Origin: Bacteroidota bacterium
GTDB taxonomy: Bacteria > Bacteroidota > Ignavibacteria > UBA10030
Reading direction: 5' to 3'
NCBI GenBank assembly: GCA_040880975.1
Contig: JBBEEC010000061.1
Span: 11,325 to 75,324 of the forward strand
Length of the DNA: 64,000 bases
Shown piece after piece: positions 1 through 7,855 of this stretch. The notes beneath the pieces are model-generated. The model saw only the letters and a list, made by a program, of their open reading frames with translations. It had not been told where the DNA came from and did not search any database. The position numbers and the translations under genes were made by a program. The stretch's first letter is position 1; each line of letters starts with the position of its first letter.

Positions 1-268
1 GGAACTGCCTTTCTTTCGCTCCTCCCTTGCACGTGCCTATGAGAGAGCCGGTCGAAATGGCCTTGCGATCGAAACCTATGACAAGGTGCTTGAAAACAAT
101 CCCGGTTATGCATCCGCACATGTTTCGTTGGCCTCGATGTACAGAGGGACGCGTGACTCGGGAAAAGTTGTCTTTCATTGCGAACGCGTTCTGGAAATCC
201 GCAGGAATGCAGATTCAAACGACAGCCTTCGCATTCGGGCGCAACAATTGCGGGATGAACTTCAATGA
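1..268 (+). CDS. TPR repeat protein, C-terminal fragment (gene starts upstream of window)
   Basis: Frame-2 translation from position 2 gives ...SLARAYERAGRNGLAIETYDKVLENNPGYASAHVSLASMY..., a classic tetratricopeptide pattern; stop at 266-268. Confidence 0.5.
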   Translation, partial: ELPFFRSSLARAYERAGRNGLAIETYDKVLENNPGYASAHVSLASMYRGTRDSGKVVFHCERVLEIRRNADSNDSLRIRAQQLRDELQ

Positions 269-313
269 AGTCGTCCCTTCCTTCAACCCTTCACAAAATC
301 CGGGAGGCATGCC

Positions 314-613
314 ATGAATAAAGACAATATCAGACTTGTGCTGGAGGCGCTGATTGCCGTAATGCTTTTCTACATTGGGTACCAATTGACCGGCGAGGGC
401 CCCAAGTGGCCGCCGCCAAAAATGGGGCCGGCCATTCAACAGATCTATGATGAGATGCCCGTGTGGGACAACACAAGAACCCTGGCAGATCGAATAAACT
501 ATGGTCTGTGCGAAAATGCGTATTTGAGCACGTATGTGGTTAAGAGCCTCCAGGACATGACTGCTCGTCAGGATTCCATGATGGTGATGATGATGGGAAA
601 ACGCAAACCGTAG
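314..613 (+). CDS. hypothetical small protein with one predicted TM helix
   Basis: 99-aa ORF; ATG overlaps upstream stop region; hydrophobic stretch LVLEALIAVMLFYIGYQL; no recognisable family. Confidence 0.3.
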   Translation: MNKDNIRLVLEALIAVMLFYIGYQLTGEGPKWPPPKMGPAIQQIYDEMPVWDNTRTLADRINYGLCENAYLSTYVVKSLQDMTARQDSMMVMMMGKRKP

Positions 614-753
614 CCAAATCTCTCTCATCCCAATGCCCGGCTTGCCGGGCATTTTTGTTTGGTTCTGATTCGCGGCTTTCTTATTTTAGGGAGTAGCTCA
701 AACCGCTCTTCTGTGAGAACTTTTCTTCGTTTTCCCCTGTTATAACCAGACCT

Positions 754-1299
754 ATGAAACCACTTGTGTTACTTTTGCTGATTTCCCTCGGTTCGCTTTC
801 TCCGCTCTCAGCGCAGATCCAGGTCGGCCAACCGAACGAAAGTAAATTCGGCGTCTGGCTTCCTTTACAGCTGATCCCGTCAATGGTGCTCTATAACGAC
901 CCCGCACAATCTAATTTTGGCCTCGAGTGGGAGGTAACCCCTCTGCTCTATTCATTCGGAATGAACAACCAGATATCGCCTTGGTACTCGTTTATCGTCG
1001 AGCCGACTGCCCGTTTTGTGGGTTCTATCGAGGTCAGCCTGGCCGGCCAGGTCCACACCACAAAACTCGGCCAATCGTATTTTTCCTCGTCCGGACAGGT
1101 GATGGGGTTCATTCCGCTTTCCGAACGCGGCGAACATCTCACGCTAAATCTCGGGGTCGCCGCCTATCGGATACAGAGCGATACTCGGCTCTTCAAAGTC
1201 ATTGGGTTTTCTTCTTTCTTCGGAATGCTCCATTTTAATCTCAAGCACGCAGACAGCCCCTCCACCTGGATCGGATCCCTCGAGTTCAGGATCTTTTAA
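754..1299 (+). CDS. putative outer membrane beta-barrel protein (secreted, unknown function)
   Basis: Signal peptide MKPLVLLLLISLGSLSPLSAQ; alternating amphipathic pattern; C-terminal ...LEFRIF ending in Phe as in many outer membrane proteins. Confidence 0.45.
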   Translation: MKPLVLLLLISLGSLSPLSAQIQVGQPNESKFGVWLPLQLIPSMVLYNDPAQSNFGLEWEVTPLLYSFGMNNQISPWYSFIVEPTARFVGSIEVSLAGQVHTTKLGQSYFSSSGQVMGFIPLSERGEHLTLNLGVAAYRIQSDTRLFKVIGFSSFFGMLHFNLKHADSPSTWIGSLEFRIF

Positions 1300-2258
1300 T
1301 GAAACACCGCATTTCCCTTGCCGGCCTTCTTCTTTCCGCCCTGATCCTCGCAGGCTGTAGTTCCTGGGCGGCGCGAATGTTCACGCGTTCGATCAGCCGA
1401 ATCGGAGAACCCATCGACCCCGCTCCCAAGATGATCACCACACCCGTTCTGTCCGAAGCCGCGCTTGCGGTCGCCTGGGTGGGTCACGCGACATCGCTCG
1501 TTCAGATCCACGACAAGCTGTTCATGACCGATCCCCTTCTGACCAGCACTGTCGGCATTGTTGTCAAACGATTCATCGCGCCGGGACTCGATCCGTCCGT
1601 TTTGCCGAAACTCGATTTCACGCTTATCTCCCACACCCATTTCGATCACTTCAGTTTCGGAAGTCTCGAGCAGCTTCCCAAGAACGGCTCTCTGCTCATT
1701 CCGCTCGGTGCCCTCCGCTACACGCCGGATTTTGGATTCAACGCGGTGCATGAACTCGAACCCTGGGAGGTCGTGGAAGAAAACGGCGTGCGCATCACGG
1801 CGGTCCCGGTTCAGCATTTCAGCGGACGGTACGGATTCGACGGAGCATGGATGAGAGATCACGGATACACGGGCTATGTCGTGGAATACAAAGACCAAAC
1901 GGTCTTCTTCGGAGGCGATACCGGATATCATCCGGAATTGTTCAAGGAGGTCGGCCGACGTTTCAACGTTGATCTTGCGATTGTTCCGATTGGCCCCGGC
2001 GGATCCTGGGAGATCGGTTCCCGAATTCATGTTCATCCTCGAGGCGCGTTGATGATCTTTCAGGATGTCGGAGCCCGCTACATGGTTCCGGTTCATCACA
2101 GAACACTGTTTTACGGTAACGAGCAGGACCCCTCCCAGTCCATCAAGACTCTCCGTGCGCTTGCACAGGAAATGGGACTGACAGACCGGATCATCGACCT
2201 CGACATCGGCGAACAGAGACTGGTCACGGCCTTGAATCCTCCTGTTGTCACGCCATGA
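1299..2258 (+). CDS. MBL-fold metallo-hydrolase lipoprotein (NAPE-PLD-like)
   Basis: Lipoprotein signal LAGLLLSALILAGCSS; motif ISHTHFDHFSFGSL (HxHxDH metallo-beta-lactamase signature); start overlaps upstream stop (ATGA). Confidence 0.75.
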   Translation: MKHRISLAGLLLSALILAGCSSWAARMFTRSISRIGEPIDPAPKMITTPVLSEAALAVAWVGHATSLVQIHDKLFMTDPLLTSTVGIVVKRFIAPGLDPSVLPKLDFTLISHTHFDHFSFGSLEQLPKNGSLLIPLGALRYTPDFGFNAVHELEPWEVVEENGVRITAVPVQHFSGRYGFDGAWMRDHGYTGYVVEYKDQTVFFGGDTGYHPELFKEVGRRFNVDLAIVPIGPGGSWEIGSRIHVHPRGALMIFQDVGARYMVPVHHRTLFYGNEQDPSQSIKTLRALAQEMGLTDRIIDLDIGEQRLVTALNPPVVTP

Positions 2259-3229
2259 ACCGCCCTCAATCAAGGATTCCCCTCCCAATCCTCGCGGCTA
2301 TCCTCGTCGTGGCTTTCAACGGATGCAATCCCATGGTTGCTCGTTTCATGGCCAAATCTGTTGAGCAAGTCGGGAAACCCGTTGCCCCGGCTCCGAACCG
2401 TATTGAGAATCCCGTTCTATCCGATGTCGGTCTCTCAGTGCTTTGGGTTGGACATGCCACTGTTCTTGTGCAGATTCATGACAAGATATTCCTGACCGAC
2501 CCGCTATTCACCAAGACGGTGGGCATTGTGATGAAGCGTGCCATCCAGCCCGGCCTCGATCCGGCAAGAATTTCCCATGTAGACTTCACGCTGATTTCGC
2601 ATACCCATTTCGATCACTTCAGTTTCGGGAGTCTTGACCTCATTCCAAAAGAGGGAAAACTTCTTCTGCCGCTCGGAGCCCTTGACTATACTCCGGCACT
2701 GGGATTTGAGGAAATCCGGGAGATGAAGCCGTGGGACGTGCTGCAACACGACGGAGTGACGATTACGGCCGTGCCCGTACAGCATTTCAGCGGCCGTTAC
2801 GGATTCGATATTCTTTGGATGCGGGACCGCGGCTATACCGGCTACATTATCGAATACCGCGGCAAAACAGTCTTCTTCGGAGGCGACACGGGATATCATC
2901 CGGAACTTTTTAAGGACATCGGCAGAAAATTTGCCATCGACCTTGCCATCCTTCCCATCGGACCCATCGAACCGCGCGACTTCATGCAGCAGACTCATGT
3001 TGACCCGGCCGAGGCGCTGCAGATCTTCCGCGATCTCCGTGCGCGGGCAATGCTTCCCATGCATCACCGAACACTTGTTCAGGGATTCGATCCGAGTCCC
3101 ACCTTCGCAATCGAGCAGCTTCTCTCACTCGCAGAACGCGATTCTCTCCTTGACCGCATCATCGCGCTCGATATTGGCGAGCAGAGGATCCTTTCAAGCC
3201 GACCGCAGCAGGAAATCACTCCTCTCTAA
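2255..3229 (+). CDS. MBL-fold metallo-hydrolase lipoprotein, tandem paralog of 1299-2258
   Basis: Same architecture and nearly identical motif blocks (LISHTHFDHFSFGSL, VPVQHFSGRYGFD, VFFGGDTGYHPELFK); lipobox AFNGCNP; 4-nt overlap with upstream gene. Confidence 0.75.
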   Translation: MNRPQSRIPLPILAAILVVAFNGCNPMVARFMAKSVEQVGKPVAPAPNRIENPVLSDVGLSVLWVGHATVLVQIHDKIFLTDPLFTKTVGIVMKRAIQPGLDPARISHVDFTLISHTHFDHFSFGSLDLIPKEGKLLLPLGALDYTPALGFEEIREMKPWDVLQHDGVTITAVPVQHFSGRYGFDILWMRDRGYTGYIIEYRGKTVFFGGDTGYHPELFKDIGRKFAIDLAILPIGPIEPRDFMQQTHVDPAEALQIFRDLRARAMLPMHHRTLVQGFDPSPTFAIEQLLSLAERDSLLDRIIALDIGEQRILSSRPQQEITPL

Positions 3230-3327
3230 GGCTTCCCCCGCATTTTCAGCGTTATCTTGATTCTAAGGTGCAGAATACTCATATTGCCCGGCGCAATTTC
3301 CACATTCACAATTTCGCTGGAAGAACC

Positions 3328-4614
3328 ATGGCTGCACGATCGCTTCTGATTGCTCTCATCGCCTGTTCCCCCTCTCTCCTCTTTCCCCAGATTACTGCCA
3401 TTAAATGCGGGAAATTGATCGACGGGAAGTCTGACAAACCCCTTGAAAACGCCGTTATCCTCGTCTCGGGGAACAAGATCACGCACGTCGGCCGGAACAT
3501 CAACATTCCTGCCGGGGCAACGATCATCGACCTCTCCTCGGCAACAGTGCTTCCGGGCCTCATTGATTGCCACACCCATGTCCTGTTGCAGGGCGACATA
3601 ACGACGGAGGATTATGCGGAGCAGATCCTCAAAGAGTCGATTCCGTATCGAACCCTCCGGGCGGCAAAGGCATGTAGAACGGCTCTGATGAATGGTTTTA
3701 CGACGATCCGCGATCTCGAGACGGAGGGTGCAATGTACGCTGATGTTGATCTCAAGAAAGCGATCAACAACGGCGTCATGGACGGCCCGCGTATGTTTGT
3801 GGCAACGCGTTCGATCAGCACCACCGGACGTTACCTGCTGAGTAATTCCACCTATGCCTGGGAGCTCAGGATGCCCAAAGGAGTACAGGAAATCACCGGG
3901 GCTGACGAGGCCCGCCGCGCGGTGCGTGAACAGATCTCCTATGGTGCCGACTGGATCAAGATCTATGCTGACGGCAGTTATTACCGCCTCGCCGACGGCA
4001 CGTTTCGGAGTATCCCGAACTTTTCCAGTGAAGAGATCACCGCGATTGGTGAACAAACCAGAATGCTTCGGAAGAACCTGTCTGCTCATGCCGTCACCCG
4101 CGACGGAGTCCTGTACGCGATCGCAGCCGGGGCCCGGACAATCGAACATGGCCAGGCCCTCGATGACGAGTGCATCACCGTCATGGCGAAGAACGGCATC
4201 TATTGGTGTCCGACGATCTATGTCAACATCTGGGTCGCCGAAGGAAGGGCCGCAGAGGGAAACACCGTGTTCCTCGCGCTCAAAGAGAATCTCCCCAAGG
4301 TGTTTGCCAAAGCATTGAAAGCAGGTGTCAAGATAGCATTCGGAACCGATGCCGGAGGATTCTCCTGGACGGAGAATCAGGCGAAGGAGTTTTCTTACAT
4401 GGTTCAGTGGGGCATGACACCGATGCAGGCAATTCAATCCGCCACCTCCGTCGGTGCCGAGTTGCTGCAGATGAGCGGCCTGATCGGCGAGATCCGTCCC
4501 GGCGCCTATGCAGACATCGTCGCCACAGCCGGCGACCCGATAACGGACATCCGGGCATTGGAGCAGGTCGGGTTTGTCATGAAAGATGGAAAAGTATACA
4601 AACGTGAACTCTGA
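3328..4614 (+). CDS. amidohydrolase family metal-dependent hydrolase (secreted)
   Basis: Signal peptide MAARSLLIALIACSPSLLF; LPGLIDCHTHV metal-binding motif of the amidohydrolase superfamily; about 430 aa. Confidence 0.7.
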   Translation: MAARSLLIALIACSPSLLFPQITAIKCGKLIDGKSDKPLENAVILVSGNKITHVGRNINIPAGATIIDLSSATVLPGLIDCHTHVLLQGDITTEDYAEQILKESIPYRTLRAAKACRTALMNGFTTIRDLETEGAMYADVDLKKAINNGVMDGPRMFVATRSISTTGRYLLSNSTYAWELRMPKGVQEITGADEARRAVREQISYGADWIKIYADGSYYRLADGTFRSIPNFSSEEITAIGEQTRMLRKNLSAHAVTRDGVLYAIAAGARTIEHGQALDDECITVMAKNGIYWCPTIYVNIWVAEGRAAEGNTVFLALKENLPKVFAKALKAGVKIAFGTDAGGFSWTENQAKEFSYMVQWGMTPMQAIQSATSVGAELLQMSGLIGEIRPGAYADIVATAGDPITDIRALEQVGFVMKDGKVYKREL

Positions 4615-5020
4615 GATCGTGGAACGCACTTTTCAACGAACGTTCGACCAGTTGCAGGATGTGTTCGACTTCACGAACGAGTTCGCCATCAGTCATGCGA
4701 TCAATGACAAAGTCCGGTATGTGCTTGATCTTGCCGTGGAAGAATTTTTCACGAACATGGTGAAATACAATCCCAAGGGGCGCAACGAGCTTCATATGCG
4801 CATGGTCCTTGAACAACGTGATGTTATTGTTCATCTGGTGGATCCCGATTCGGAAGCCTTTGACGTTACAAAAGAACGGTCGATCAACCTTCAAAAATCG
4901 CTTGAAGAACGAAAACCCGGCGGGTTGGGGGTTTTCCTTGTCCAGAAACTCGTTGACAACCTTCATTACACTCATCATAACCGGATAAGCACGATTTCCT
5001 TTCGTTTACCTTTGGAGTAG
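4586..5020 (+). CDS. anti-sigma regulatory factor / Ser-protein kinase (RsbW/SpoIIAB-like HATPase)
   Basis: 144 aa; LAVEEFFTNMVKY...RKPGGLGVFLVQKLVD resembles the HATPase_c G-box region of RsbW-type kinases; overlaps 3-prime end of upstream gene by 29 nt. Confidence 0.55.
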   Translation: MEKYTNVNSEIVERTFQRTFDQLQDVFDFTNEFAISHAINDKVRYVLDLAVEEFFTNMVKYNPKGRNELHMRMVLEQRDVIVHLVDPDSEAFDVTKERSINLQKSLEERKPGGLGVFLVQKLVDNLHYTHHNRISTISFRLPLE

Positions 5021-5022
5021 AT

Positions 5023-5307
5023 ATGTTTGATATTCGAATCAATGAACAGGGAGATGTGATACTTTCAGGAAGACTTGATGCTGCGCAAACCGATCGGGCA
5101 AGTGCGATTCTGAGTAAAGTGACAGAATCTGTGAATGTAGATTTCAAGGAGCTTCAGTACATCTCGAGCGCAGGGCTTGGTATCCTGCTTGCCACCCAGA
5201 AGCGCCTGAGCCAATCGGGGAAAAAGCTGAAACTGATCAATATGCCCAAGCATATCCGGGACGTCTTTCATTACGCTCGTTTTGATATGATTTTCGAGAT
5301 ACAATAG
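5023..5307 (+). CDS. STAS-domain anti-sigma-factor antagonist (SpoIIAA/RsbV-like)
   Basis: 94 aa; ...FKELQYISSAGLGILLATQKRL... with conserved phospho-acceptor Ser context (ISSAGLG); starts 3 nt after upstream stop. Confidence 0.65.
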   Translation: MFDIRINEQGDVILSGRLDAAQTDRASAILSKVTESVNVDFKELQYISSAGLGILLATQKRLSQSGKKLKLINMPKHIRDVFHYARFDMIFEIQ

Positions 5308-5418
5308 CCCCAATTCGTCGTTTTTTGCCTGTATTGCGCCTTTTCTTGCATCTCTCGAGGAAATCGGCGTACCTTGCTCCCCCTATATGCCAACTTTTTC
5401 AATCGACTCTTGTAGTTC

Positions 5419-5964
5419 ATGACACACGAACAGGATCACGCACTGGTTCAACAATGTCTCAATGGCAATCAAAAGGCCTTTGAGATCCTGGTCGATCGCT
5501 ATCAGAAACCGGTCTTCAATCTCGCATTTCGTTTCACGACAAGCAGGGAAGATGCCGAGGACATTGCGCAATCAGTGTTCGTGAAAGCCTTCGAAAAACT
5601 CAGCACCTTCGACCCAAAATTTAAGTTCTTTAGCTGGCTCTACAAGATCGCCGTTAATGAATCCATCAATTTTCTCAACCGAAAAAAGAGATTTGATACG
5701 TTTGATGAAGATGTCCATTCCGGAAAGCATGGACAGGAAGAACATTTTCACGATCACGAAATGACAGCTTCCATTGATATGGCACTTCTCGATCTTAAAA
5801 CCGAATACCGCGTCGTTGTGATCTTGAATCATTTCCAGGAGCTCTCCTACAGAGAAATCGGACAGATCCTCGACATTCATGAAAACACCGTCAAGTCGAG
5901 GCTGTTTTCTGCCAGAAAGAAACTCAAGGGTCTGTTGTTGAAAAGAGGCATCTCCCATGCTTGA
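5419..5964 (+). CDS. ECF-type RNA polymerase sigma-70 factor (sigma-24 family)
   Basis: 181 aa; region 2 (DIAQSVFVKAFEKLSTFDPKFKFFSWLYKIAVNESIN) and region 4 (LSYREIGQILDIHENTVKSRLFSARKKL) clearly recognisable. Confidence 0.85.
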   Translation: MTHEQDHALVQQCLNGNQKAFEILVDRYQKPVFNLAFRFTTSREDAEDIAQSVFVKAFEKLSTFDPKFKFFSWLYKIAVNESINFLNRKKRFDTFDEDVHSGKHGQEEHFHDHEMTASIDMALLDLKTEYRVVVILNHFQELSYREIGQILDIHENTVKSRLFSARKKLKGLLLKRGISHA

Positions 5965-6721
5965 CAAGCGAATGTTTGAATTACTGAATCAGGAAGTGGA
6001 CGGGACGAACTCCGCGAAAGAGCGTCAGGAGGTAAAAGCTCTCTTGTCGAAGAATGCTGAAGCACGACGGACGTTTGAAGCCCTGAAAGAACTCGCCGCC
6101 TTCCTGAAGGCAACGCCCCAGGTCGAACCGCCTTCGACTCTGAAGAGGCGGATCCTGGCTTCTCTCCCGCACGCGAAACCGTCATCTCAAAAACTCTTCC
6201 CGCTGTTTTCCCTTGCCCGGATGCTTACCGAAGGGACCAATCTCCGGTACGCCTATACGTTCGCGGGCGGAGCGGTGGCTGGAATTCTCCTATTCGCATT
6301 TCTGACCGGAAGTCCGTCGGACACTTCCTCTCTCGTTGGAGCCATTGGATCATCGACTCCGTCGAAAGCGATTCTCTCAGCAGAAATTGATCTTCCGGAA
6401 ATTCAAGGTACCTTTTCGGCAGTAGAAGAGCGGAACGAGGTGATCGCAACGACATCCATCAACGCATCAGAAGAAATCGATCTCATCGTGAGGTTCGATC
6501 CGGCGGCGCTGCAGTTTGAACGATTTCAGATTTCCGACCCATCGTCCGGCTCCGTGACCCTTCACCCCGGCCATCTTGAACTCAAAGGTTCCGGAACGAT
6601 GGTCTTTACGCTTGTGTTCTTCAGAAAATCCGCTGACGCGGTCGCGCTGAATGCCGAGATCCTTATCGACGGCGCGAAACGTTCTGATGTATCTCTTACA
6701 CTTGAACAGAGTTCTCACTAA
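5957..6721 (+). CDS. membrane-spanning anti-sigma factor (no zinc finger)
   Basis: Overlaps sigma gene by 8 nt; N-terminal helical domain, single TM helix (AYTFAGGAVAGILLFAFLTG), about 130-aa extracytoplasmic domain. Confidence 0.55.
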   Translation: MLDKRMFELLNQEVDGTNSAKERQEVKALLSKNAEARRTFEALKELAAFLKATPQVEPPSTLKRRILASLPHAKPSSQKLFPLFSLARMLTEGTNLRYAYTFAGGAVAGILLFAFLTGSPSDTSSLVGAIGSSTPSKAILSAEIDLPEIQGTFSAVEERNEVIATTSINASEEIDLIVRFDPAALQFERFQISDPSSGSVTLHPGHLELKGSGTMVFTLVFFRKSADAVALNAEILIDGAKRSDVSLTLEQSSH

Positions 6722-6753
6722 CCACTGTTCACAATCACAGAAGGAGGGGAATA

Positions 6754-7736
6754 TGAGTAACAACCCCGCAATTGACAGACGTAAACGGTTTTTCTCCATC
6801 GGGGGAATCACCGTGGCAGCGCTCGTCGTAACGTACTTTGCGCTGTTTTATCCGCCCGTAGATTCCGACGACGCCGCCGGAACGATCGGTGGAATTCAGA
6901 AGGCCGAGAAGTACCGGGCCGAACAGATGCAGGAAGCTGATCTTGCGCTCAAGAACCCTGAGATTCAGCAGTTCCTGCAGAGCGCGGCTTTCCACACCAT
7001 CTCCACCAATGCGGAATTGCGTGCAGCCCTGAGCAGTTCTGAAGTCGCCGCTGCTCTTGCCAACGCCGAAGTGCAGGCCATGCTCTCCAATTCCGAGCTA
7101 CAGGCTGCCCTTGCCCATTCTGAACTTCGGGCATCTCTTGCCAATTCCGAGGTACAGGCCGCTTTGGCGAACGCTGAAGTCGCTGCTGCTCTTTCCAACG
7201 CCGACTTGCGTGCAATGCTTGCCAACGCCGATTTGCGCGCTGCGCTAAAGAGCCGCGATGTTCGTTCGGGGCTTGCAAACGCCGAACTCTCTGCCGCTCT
7301 TTCGAGCGCTGAAGTTCGTGCTGCGCTCAGCAGCGCCGAAGCCCGCGCTTCCTTGAAGAACGCCGACCTGCGTGCAATGCTTTCCAACGCCGATCTGCGC
7401 GCCGCATTAAGAAACTCCGAGGTCATGGCTGCGCTGGCGAGTGCTGATCTCCGCGCCTCCCTTGCGAATGCGGAATTAAGCGCTGCTCTGGCCAACTCGG
7501 AATTGCGTGCAATGCTTGCCAATGCCGATCTCCGTGCAATGCTTGCCAACGCCGATCTACGGGCAGCCCTTGCAAATCCAGAAGTCCGCGCCGCTCTGGC
7601 AAGTGCGGATTTGCGCGCTTTGCTGGCGAGTGCCGAACTCAGAGCGCTTCTGGCGAATGCCGATCTGCGTGCTATGCTGTTCAACGCGGACCTGCGCGCC
7701 ATGCTGGCGAATGCGGAATTAAAAGCCGCCGATTGA
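6754..7736 (+). CDS. bitopic membrane protein with about 30 tandem octapeptide repeats (consensus xLAN[AS][ED][LV][RQ]A)
   Basis: RBS AAGGAGGGGAAT before ATG 6754; short cytoplasmic N-terminus, TM helix IGGITVAALVVTYFALFY, then a periodic 8-aa repeat to the C-terminus; the + strand is supported by the RBS, the TM anchor and operon context. Confidence 0.55.
7006..7733 (+). repeat. 24-bp period tandem repeat (about 30 units) encoding the octapeptide repeats
   Basis: Directly visible: recurring gccaacgccgatctgcgtgcaatgctt-type units; both strands give repetitive ORFs. Confidence 0.85.
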
Positions 7737-7755
7737 TTCTGCCGTATCGTTTCAA

Positions 7756-7799
7756 GGGGAGATGTGCCGCAGAGGTGCATCTCCCCTTTCCTTTTTTTC
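7756..7799 (+). terminator. Rho-independent terminator after the sigma/anti-sigma/repeat-protein operon
   Basis: Perfect 9-bp stem GGGGAGATG ... CATCTCCCC (7756-7764 / 7778-7786) followed by TTTCCTTTTTTTCC. Confidence 0.6.
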
Positions 7800-7855
7800 C
7801 CCCGCCTTGCTTTTTAGCCCAAAGATCACCATTCTCTTGCTTCACGCCACTCCCC

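Noticed and set aside
3226-4629. 467-aa minus-strand ORF antisense to the amidohydrolase gene (also 1296-2288, 8075-9154, 10687-11841, 47870-49183 and similar)
   Set aside because: These are long antisense ORFs typical of high-GC DNA. The sense-strand products have clear family motifs, and the antisense products are low-complexity, Arg/Gly-rich and motif-free.
5308-5418. ECF-type promoter upstream of the sigma factor gene (GGAAAT … CGTA-like elements)
   Set aside because: The elements are present but spacing does not fit a GGAAC-N16-CGT pattern convincingly. It cannot be called from sequence alone.
6965-7780. 271-aa minus-strand ORF (…SIARRSALASIARNSELARAALNS…) across the octapeptide repeat
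   Set aside because: This is the antisense shadow of the 24-bp tandem repeat. The + strand ORF has the RBS, TM anchor, operon context and terminator, so the minus ORF is most likely non-coding.
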